Assembly: GCF_001194135.2 (NCBI RefSeq)
Contig: NC_068989.1
Location: 43,473,569 to 43,537,568, forward strand
DNA length: 64,000 bases
From: Octopus bimaculoides
Taxonomy: Eukaryota
Direction of reading: 5' to 3'
The number at the start of each line of letters is the position of its first letter. Positions within the stretch are counted from its first letter, which is position 1. A model generated the notes under the pieces. That model searched no databases. It saw nothing but the letters and a program-made list of their open reading frames with translations, and had not been told where the DNA came from. Position numbers and translations under genes: made by a program. Shown one piece after another: positions 61,387-64,000 of the stretch.

Positions 61387-62198
61387 ATACGCACATACAG
61401 TATCAATACTAACAAATGCAAATTCCTGCATTCACATGGCTTCTTGGTTTGTATACTAAGTCCTCGGGGGCAGGGGTCTACCATCACAAAAAACACATTT
61501 GGAATCGAAGTAACCCTAGAAGAGTATCTATGCTACTTTAGTGCACCTACATGGAGCACTAATTCAAATAACCCCAAGCAAAATGCAAACTAAGTATAAA
61601 CAATGGAAGACAAGCAGTGAGAAAAATTAACATTTTTTGAATTAGTGTAAGACTGATATTGATCAAATTCATACCCCATTGAAGAAAGCTATGAAACAGG
61701 AATAGTTTTCTCTTTTGGGCCTATTCAAGAAGAAAAAGCTTTTTATATCATGAGCCAACTAAATTTTTGTTTCAAACTTTTTCTTTGAAGCCAAATTAGA
61801 ATTTTAAAAATGGTAAAAATTTCCATTTTCATTGAACAACAAATAGAAAAGTTATATTAATATTTTAGACAGGAAGGTGGCAAAAAAAAAAAGTTCATAA
61901 GTGAGGAGAAACAACATATAGGAAAAAAAAAAAAAATGGCCAGGATAACAAAAACCTGTGGATTCTTGTAAAAAGTTGGGAACATAATGGTAAAATTTTG
62001 ACTCAATACGATCACAAAAAGTTTTAGACTGGAGAAATCACTAGAACTGAACAGTACTAAGGCTCCAGAATATTGGATGGAGTTTTTTTTAATTTTTACA
62101 TGATAAATTGTATTTATGCAAATATAGAATTATTGATGGCATCTCCTCTCTCTCTCTCTCTCTGTATGTATGTATGTATGTATGTATGTGTATGTATG

Positions 62199-62237
<39 letters not shown>

Positions 62238-62373
62238 TGCCATCCCATTTCTTTCCTAAAAATGTGTATCTTTCAAAAAATTCACCAGGTGAGGAGTGAC
62301 AGTTATGTAGTTATGCCATATTAACATTTTTGATTTCACTGAGTTTAAAAAAAAAAAAAACGGTACTACTTAA

Positions 62374-62750
62374 GGAGAGTGGACCCGACACTCGCACCTG
62401 CACTAGTCAGTAGATGGACTCACACACATGCACAAGTCAGTGGCACCCACGATGAAGAACACTCCACATGTAAATTATAAATGGGAGTGGGTGTTGTAGA
62501 CTCCTATTATACTCTTAAATCTGCTTTTTGCATTTTTTCAGTAACATTCAACTGAGTTGGTATGTACTTTAAATACTGGATCCACAAAGTTTTCTTTCTG
62601 ATTCACTTTGAAATGGGATTACTGTGGTTCAACATCCCATTGTATCCACTCCAACAATTAAAATGGATAGTTGCTCCTGGTTTTATACACTTTCTGATAA
62701 GGGAAAGCAGACTTTCAGAAGAACGATCATTCACAAACACTAAAAGTACT
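62374..62750 (-). mobile_element. Merlin (IS1016/ISXO2-related) transposon fragment
   Basis: VNDRSSESLLSLIRKCIKPGATIH(S>F)(D>N)CWSGY ... HFKVN..NFVDP..KVHTNSVECY(W>*)KNAK: Merlin DDE C-terminal half; possible TIR beginning GGAGAGTGGACCC at 62374. Confidence 0.8.
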
Positions 62751-62774
62751 ATTTTGTCCTGTACTGTTTGTTTG

Positions 62775-63960
62775 CCTATCTATCTATCTATTTATCTATC
62801 TCTCTCTATCTATCTAAGAAAGAAAGAAAGATAAACAGATACATAGATTAGACACAGACAGACAGACATATAGATTAGACAGACAAATAGATAGATAGAT
62901 ACATTAGACAGACAGACAGACAGATACATTAGACAGACAGACAGACAGATACATTAGACAGACAGACAGACAGATACATTAGACAGACAGACAGACAGAT
63001 ACATTAGACAGACAGACAGACAGATACATTAGACAGACAGACAGNNNNNNNNNNNNNNNNNNNNNNNNNNNNNNNNNNNNNNNNNNNNNNNNNNNNNNNN
63101 NNNNNNNNNNNNNNNNNNNNNNNNNNNNNNNNNNNNNNNNNNNNNNNNNNNNNNNNNNNNNNNNNNNNNNNNNNNNNNNNNNNNNNNNNNNNNNNNNNNN
63201 NNNNNNNNNNNNNNNNNNNNNNNNNNNNNNNNNNNNNNNNNNNNNNNNNNNNNNNNNNNNNNNNNNNNNNNNNNNNNNNNNNNNNNNNNNNNNNNNNNNN
63301 NNNNNNNNNNNNNNNNNNNNNNNNNNNNNNNNNNNNNNNNNNNNNNNNNNNNNNNNNNNNNNNNNNNNNNNNNNNNNNNNNNNNNNNNNNNNNNNNNNNN
63401 NNNNNNNNNNNNNNNNNNNNNNNNNNNNNNNNNNNNNNNNNNNNNNNNNNNNNNNNNNNNNNNNNNNNNNNNNNNNNNNNNNNNNNNNNNNNNNNNNNNN
63501 NNNNNNNNNNNNNNNNNNNNNNNNNNNNNNNNNNNNNNNNNNNNNNNNNNNNNNNNNNNNNNNNNNNNNNNNNNNNNNNNNNNNNNNNNNNNNNNNNNNN
63601 GATACATTAGACCGACAGATGAACAGATAGATTAGACAGACAGACAAATAGATAGATAGATAGATTAGACAGACAGACAGATACATTAGACAGACAGACA
63701 GACACATTAGACAGACAGATAGATACATTAGACAGACAGATAGATACATTAGACAGACAGATAGATACATTAGACAGACAGATAGATAGATACATTAGAC
63801 AGACAGATAGATACATTAGACAGACAGATAGATACATTAGACAGACAGATAGATACATTAGACAGACAGATAGATACATTAGACAGACAGATAGATACAT
63901 TAGACCGACAGATAGATACATTAGACCGACAGATAGATACATTAGACCGACAGACAAACA
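62775..63960. repeat. GATA/GACA-derived minisatellite spanning a gap
   Basis: Unit GATACATTA(GACA)4 (25 bp) left of the gap; GATACATTA(GACA)2GATA (21 bp) right of the gap. Confidence 0.95.
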
Positions 63961-64000
63961 GATCCCCTCCCCCCATTAACAGTTTACACATTTATACATG

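Noticed and set aside
1528-63770. Long ORFs composed mostly of X (e.g. 1528-2875, 5717-6583, 41290-42199, 55004-55783, 62979-63770)
   Set aside because: They run through N gaps, which contain no stop codons; only the Helitron helicase piece at 1532-1653 is real.

Overview
AT-rich, gap-riddled eukaryotic scaffold, most likely from an octopod cephalopod (Octopus-type). That assignment is an inference from the tRNA-derived SINE repertoire and extreme microsatellite density. No prokaryotic features (operons, CRISPR, rRNA, true tRNA genes) are supported, and nearly all long ORFs in the track are artefacts of N-runs or simple repeats. The window is mostly decayed mobile elements: an internally deleted CsRn1/Kabuki-type Ty3/gypsy element (LTRs, tRNA-Trp PBS, gag, RNaseH-integrase) with a Helitron nested in its 5' LTR; three IS630-Tc1-mariner families (mariner DD34D, Tc1 DD34E, maT-like DD37D); a long-TIR MULE with a FLYWCH remnant; an unclassified DDE-like transposase; a Merlin fragment; RTE, Tx1 and CR1/Jockey-like LINE fragments; several SINE families; and piggyBac-, hAT- and mariner-type MITEs. 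One convincing host coding exon, absent from the ORF track, lies on the minus strand at 19341-19565: the terminal exon of a small Cys/His-rich protein resembling the uncharacterised Drosophila CG13380 family. Its upstream exons probably lie in the CpG-depleted 20-61 kb region. I did not find a clearly new biological system. The best leads are this uncharacterised gene, the unassigned transposase, and sequence clues to SINE-LINE partnerships. SINE family letters (A-F) are my own labels. Family assignments come from motif recall, not database searches.
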